A stretch of DNA of 64,000 nt from Rubripirellula sp. GTDB lineage: Bacteria > Planctomycetota > Planctomycetia > Pirellulales > Pirellulaceae. The translations under genes were made by a program, and so were the position numbers. Below the pieces are notes generated by a model, which did not search any database, was not told where the DNA came from, and saw nothing but the letters and a program-made list of their open reading frames with translations. The stretch is from assembly GCA_965216875.1 (NCBI GenBank), contig OZ244207.1, positions 8,128,001-8,192,000 on the forward strand, read 5' to 3'. Shown piece after piece: positions 48,301 through 54,300 of this stretch; the stretch's first letter is position 1, and each line of letters begins with the position of its first letter.

Positions 48301-51300
48301 ATAATCGGTGAGCTTGAGTGGTTCGCCATCAAGCGTGACGGTGAAGGTGGCGTCGTCATCGGGACGCTGCTCGAGTTTGAGTTCGCTAAGTTTTTTGGCG
48401 TCGCTGGTCGTTTCGGTGTGTGGATTGCCTTCTACTTGATAGATGATTTCCAGCTGTCCGGTTTGCTTGTCAGCAAACTGAAGCGTGTACTCAGGAACAT
48501 ATTCGAAACCACTGGTGAGCTCCGTTCCGTCCACGAAGATTCGAACTTTCGCGGAGTCGGCCGCAACTGCGGAAAGGCTCATTTCTTGGACGTTACGCAA
48601 TCGCTGAGAGTCGGTCTTTATCGGCGTACCGGAGAGAGTCACCTCAAAGGGCTCACTGACATCTTCGATTGTCGCTTCATCGGTGGTTGTCTTTTCGATC
48701 AACGGAGAGATCATGCGCCCGATCGAACCAGAGATTCCAGTGAGGATTTTTTCAGTAGATAGCCGCACCGTTTGAACGCGGTCCGATTCCTTTCGCACGA
48801 TGACATCCAGTCCCGTTTCGCTCGTGCCGCTAAGTGCCTCCATCGCCGGCGCGTCGGAATCGAAAATGATCTCGAATGGGCCGCCGCGATCTCCCGTCAC
48901 CGATTCAACCACTGTCCTCTCTGTCTGATCGCTGGTCGTGAAGGTGCCGAACGCTTCGTCCAAAGCGATACGTACATCGGAGACCGAGGCATTGAACGGG
49001 ATCGATACGGTTTTCGAGGCTGGGATCTCGATGACGAAACTGCGTTCGGGAGATAGAGGTTCGAAAGTGAGCGTTTGAACCTCGGGCGTGCCCGTATCGT
49101 CGTCGTCATTCTCGCTGGGCGGGATTCCCTCGGTTGTGGTTGTGACAGTGACTTGCAGACGATTGGGGCTAGATGTCTTGATGGTTTCCACGTCACCAAG
49201 ATTGGACTGGAATGTGACCGTAAAAGTGATCAATTCATTGGCGTTTTCACGCACCACCGATTTAATCTTCCCTGGTCCAATAGCTGCCTCCAACGCTGCT
49301 TGCACTTCTTCAGCCGTCGCGTCTTGGCTAATCACGTCCGTTTGGCCGGCGAAACCAATCGCAAAACTGTGCTTCATCGTGGTAGACGCAAGCGTGACGA
49401 TTTGCACCTCTGATGTGCCCTTTGTCTTGTCGCCATGCGTTTGAGTCTTCACGGTCACTTCGACACCCTTTGAGCTGAGTCCCGACAGTGGCAACAAGTC
49501 GTCTTTTTGAGGATGAAATGTGATCGTGAATGGGCCGCCGTCGGCACCCGTTACCGACGTGACGACGTTTGCGTCACTGCCGTCGGGAAGCTTGAAAGTA
49601 CCCAGCTTGCTTTGTAGCGCCGTGGTAACCTCCGCAGCGCTAGCCATGATCCCGATCGCTGAACTGGTTAGCTCTCGTGATTCACTGCCACTCTCGTCGG
49701 TGAACTTCAACCGAAAGGTCTGGTTTTCACCGGGCGTCAGATCGACACCGATCACCGATCGCAGCTCGTTCATCGTGCTGCGAAGTGTTGACTTGACATC
49801 CTCGGGCGCCTGCAGCCGATGGATTGCATCCTCCAAAAGGTCAGTCGCACGGCGCAATTCCGGTAGATCCGGCCCGGCTAGTATGTCATCAGCCACCTTC
49901 AGAATGCTGTCTGTGAAATCGAGGATCTCGTTGGGCGTCTTGTTCAAGATCGGCACGTCCGAATTCAGCCCGGTCAAATCACTGTCTTGCAATAGATCAA
50001 CAAGGTTTCGCAAAACCGTCACCATGTCGGCTAGCGAAAAGTTGCCAAGGTTTTCAGTGAACTCTTTGAAAGAACTGGCGTCGAACTCGACCTTCGATCT
50101 GCTTCCCGTGTCAGACTCGGTCAGGCTGAACGCAATCACGGGCTGGGCCGTGCTGGCTGGCAATACATCCAACAGCGATGACTCGATCGGTAAGGTTCCG
50201 CTACCGCGGAAAGTGAATTCGGGAGTCACTAGCCTGCGTAGCGAACTGCGGTTCAATTCACGCAGTCTTATCTTTCCGTCGTTTTGCGCACCAACGCCGG
50301 GATCAGATAGATTGATGGCCGCGGCTACCTCAAAGTCCAATTCGCCGTCAACAAGGCCGATCTCGAAAATACTGATCGCTGCCGCCAGATCGATATCATC
50401 ACTCTCAACTTTTGATTTCGCCGAAATCGCGCTCGCCCCTGGCGATGCATCGATAAAGAAGCGATCGAGTCGGGTTTCTCCGTGCAATGGTGTGCCGTCG
50501 ATCCGATCAGTGCTGAGCGTGATGACTTGCACCTCCGAAACCACTCCATTGATTCCGGTTCCCCCTTCGGTCTCTGTGACGGTGGTCGCTTTGATACGAC
50601 TGTTACTGAAGTTCGCCGACAGCGGTCGGACGTTGCCTAGACCGCTGGCGAATGTCACCGTGAACGGCCCTCCGACATCGCCGACAACCGATTCAATGTT
50701 GCCGGCACCCACGATCGAGTCGAGTTCGGCCCTCAAATCCATCGCGGTTGCGTTGACGCTCAGGCCTGCTGTGGTTCGCGGGATCTGAGCGACGCCAGGC
50801 TCGTAGGTCAATTTGAACGTACCATCCAATGTCGCGAGGATCCCGAGGGCTGCGGCGACCGGGGAAACATCGATTCCGTCGCCGACCGGCTCGATCTTGA
50901 AGACGCCGCTTGGCGTTGGGTCAGAGGAGTCATGGATTCGAAGTGATTTGTCTTCAACGTTGATGGTCGCTTTCAGGCCATCGATTGCGTCAAACTTGTC
51001 CATGACGTCGCGAACGGTCGTCGATCCGTCGAGGCTAATGCGGTGGTGAGTCCCATCGCGAAGTGTCACCAGCAGATCATCTCGGTCACTCTGCTGCGCA
51101 TCACCAAAACCGAGGACACTGGCATTGGAGATGGAAAGAGAATTCAATCGAAAACGCCGCAACTCATATTCAATCCGCAGGTCCCCGTTGATTCCACCGC
51201 TCTGATGAAACGTAATCTTTACCTGGTTCTGTTCATTGACATCGACTTTGTAGTCCTCCCCGATTCGCAGCTGGGTTTCACCGACCTTAACGTCAATCGA

Positions 51301-54300
51301 CTCAAGATCGACATTCGTTTGGTCCAACACATGTTCGTCCAGCCCGCTAGCAGGCTTTGCATCGACAAACTTGTTCGCGTCTCCAAGTGTTTGGCCCGCA
51401 CTCAGTCGCAACCTCTCCGACGCGTATTCGAACCGCAGCTTGCCGGTAACGCCGTCGGTGTCATCAAAAACCACGGCGATCCCATCAACAACGTTGTAGT
51501 CACGCCCCAATTCGAGTCGTTGTCCGTCCAGGAAAACGACCACTGAATCTGGGTCGGCTAACGGTTCCTCGAGCGTGATCCGAACCTCACCTTGCACGTG
51601 TTTGACTTCAACTGCCGTTCGAGAAAACTCGAATGCCGGTGATTCGTTGCCGTCTTCATCCGAGATTCCGGAGGAGAATCCAGCGTCTCTTAGGGGCTGC
51701 AACAACGCTTTGTTCAAATCACGAACAAGATCGTCTAGGTCATGGTTGTCCTCGGTGTCCGCTTTTGAGAGTGCGACCTCAATGTTGCGTTCGTCATTGA
51801 GCGCTAGCGTTAGTGCCAAGTTGTCATTCAGCTTGCCGTCGGATGACGCCGGCATGCTGCCTGTCATACCGATGCGAGTCGAAACGCCGCGACCCGCATT
51901 CAAATCCGCCAGCAACGTGTCGCCGTTGAGCGTGAAGCCTGCGCCAAGTTCGCCGAGTTCGACCCCCAGTTTCAGTTCGATCCCCGCGGCGGCGCTGAAG
52001 GTGGCGTCAGCACCACCGACCACCGACAACGGCTCGTCGTCACCAATATCAAATGCCGTCCCAAAATCGAGCGAGATCTCTTTCGCAAACTCCTTGCCGA
52101 GCTTTAGATTCCAAAACAGCGTCTTCAGGTTGTCGTCATAAGAAACCTTTGCTTCAAAAGGGGAATCCGCGGACAGGACTTTGGCATGCTCGTTGACGAC
52201 ATCGATCAGACCCTGGAGGTTGTGCGCGCGGAACGCTGCCTTCGACTCGATTCCAGCAATGGGAATTCCAAGTGACTCGGCAGAGTTTTTGGTTTCTTGT
52301 CCGTCATCAAAACCGAGGGGCGCCGCCCCCGCAATCGTGACCGAATTGACACCCGGCGCGATCACTGAGAACTCCAACAGAGCCCCATTGGCAACGGCTA
52401 ACAACTGGGCGTCCAAGCTCGCATTCGCTAACGCCTGATTCACGTCATCAACCAGCGCATCGATCGTCAAATTGTCGGCAGTAGCGGATTCGTTTAGCCG
52501 CACCTCGACAGGAGCGTCGTCATTGATTTGAACATTCAACAATAGCGTCTGCGAAAGTTGAGTTGCGGGCGGAGACTGGGCTGTGAGCGTCAGTCCGGTA
52601 ACTGCCAAAGTCAACGCCTCGCCAGGCTGGGTCGTCGCAAGTACAAGATTTGCCGCGTTCGATGGACTGTTTTCAACAACGGCTGCAACCCGCCAATTCG
52701 GCGCCGAAAGTGAGATCCGCTGAGCTTCGCCCTGTTCGCTCGACCCCTCATCCAGCGTGATGATCGTCGCGTCAATGACGGGATTGTCGACCACAATTTG
52801 CAGCGTATCCATGTCGCCAAGACTCTCGTCGAACCTGACGATGAAAGGCCCGCTCGGTTCTCCTTCGACTTCGATCTTATCTTTACCTTCAGCATCTCCA
52901 ACCAACCTTATCAACGCAGATTCCACTGCTTCCTGGACTTGGGACGCGGTCGCGTTGACAGAGATTGCGTCAGTCGTCGCGTTGCTCTCGTTGCGCGTCA
53001 CCGTCAATCGGAAAGTCCCGGTCGCGCCGATGCCGGCGACCTCCAGCGAGGCATTCAAATCTTCTGCTAAGTCGCTCAGACTCTCGTTGGTCACATCTTG
53101 CGAGATGGAAACCCGTACCGGGTCGTCGTTCTCAAGGGTCACTACAAACGCCCCGTCCTCCTTCAATACGCCCTCGTGCACAATTTCGTTGCCTTGATTG
53201 TCGAGGGTGACCAGCTTAGGAACATCGATAGAAACTGATGCCGTTTCGTAAAGCGAGCGGGCCAGATCCGTCAGCGTGTCCGTGAAACGAATGACGTCAC
53301 TTGTCTTGACATTGACGTACGGGATCCCGCCCTCGGGGTCCAGTTCCGGCGCTACATCGTGGAGCGCAGTTCCCAAGTTCACAAAAAAGGTCGCGATCGT
53401 CTCCGGAGATAGGTCAGCGAAATCGGGAACAGCCCCAAGGTTCTTGGCCTGAATCTGCATCGCTGTTGTGTCGAATAGTGCCGTGTCCGGATTACTTGGC
53501 GGGTCTTCTTCCTGGACGACATCGACGATCGACAACGCGGCGTTCGCAAGCGTCAAAATCCCGCGCGCGTCATTGAGCGGCAGTTCAGCAGAGAAAGTTC
53601 CATCACCAGAGTCTGCTGCGTAATCAACCTTCAATAACGATTCATATCCTCCCGCATCAGCGAGTTGGCTGTACGTCAAGGTTGGTCCTTGAGCGTTAAC
53701 ATTGCCCAGGTCGCGGCGAATGATGGCAGTCGTTTCCAATTCGGCTCGACCACCTTTGACCTCCAACCCAAAGAATCCATAGTCGACTTCGAATCCGAGC
53801 GGACCAACGGCTGTCGCCTTATCGCCAAAGCCGAAGTTGGTTGCGATGACGTTTTCTGAGGGACGGTCCGCAATTTCGATCGAGACGATTCCGGTCTCCT
53901 CGGATCGCAATCGAAGTTTGCCATCAACGATCGATGCGTCGATTGCCTGGGGAGGCAAACCATTGGATGCCAGTGCGCCGCCCAGCGCAGATCGAATATC
54001 GTCGATGAGCAGACTCGAGGAACCACGCACGACTGGAACGTCGATGAGGGCCTCGCTGTTGTCGCCACCCCCTGGTTGATTCCACGTGACTTTCAAGCCC
54101 AACAACGTAGACTTGCCAACCTCGAATAGGTCTGGGTTAAGATCCTGTTCAGCAGTCAACGCAACCTGTTGAGATAGTCTTGCCGTCGTTTGCAATCCGA
54201 ATTGTTTGTCACGCAGTTCTGGATCCGCGTTTTCCGTATCGAGGTCGAATCGTATAAAGAAGTCGCTCTCGTCAACCGTTTCACCGGACAGATCAAGTCC

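Noticed and set aside
49520..50788. 422-aa plus-strand ORF, and many shorter ones, inside the giant gene
   Set aside because: Ser/Pro-rich antisense shadows of a well-supported CDS, with no motifs.
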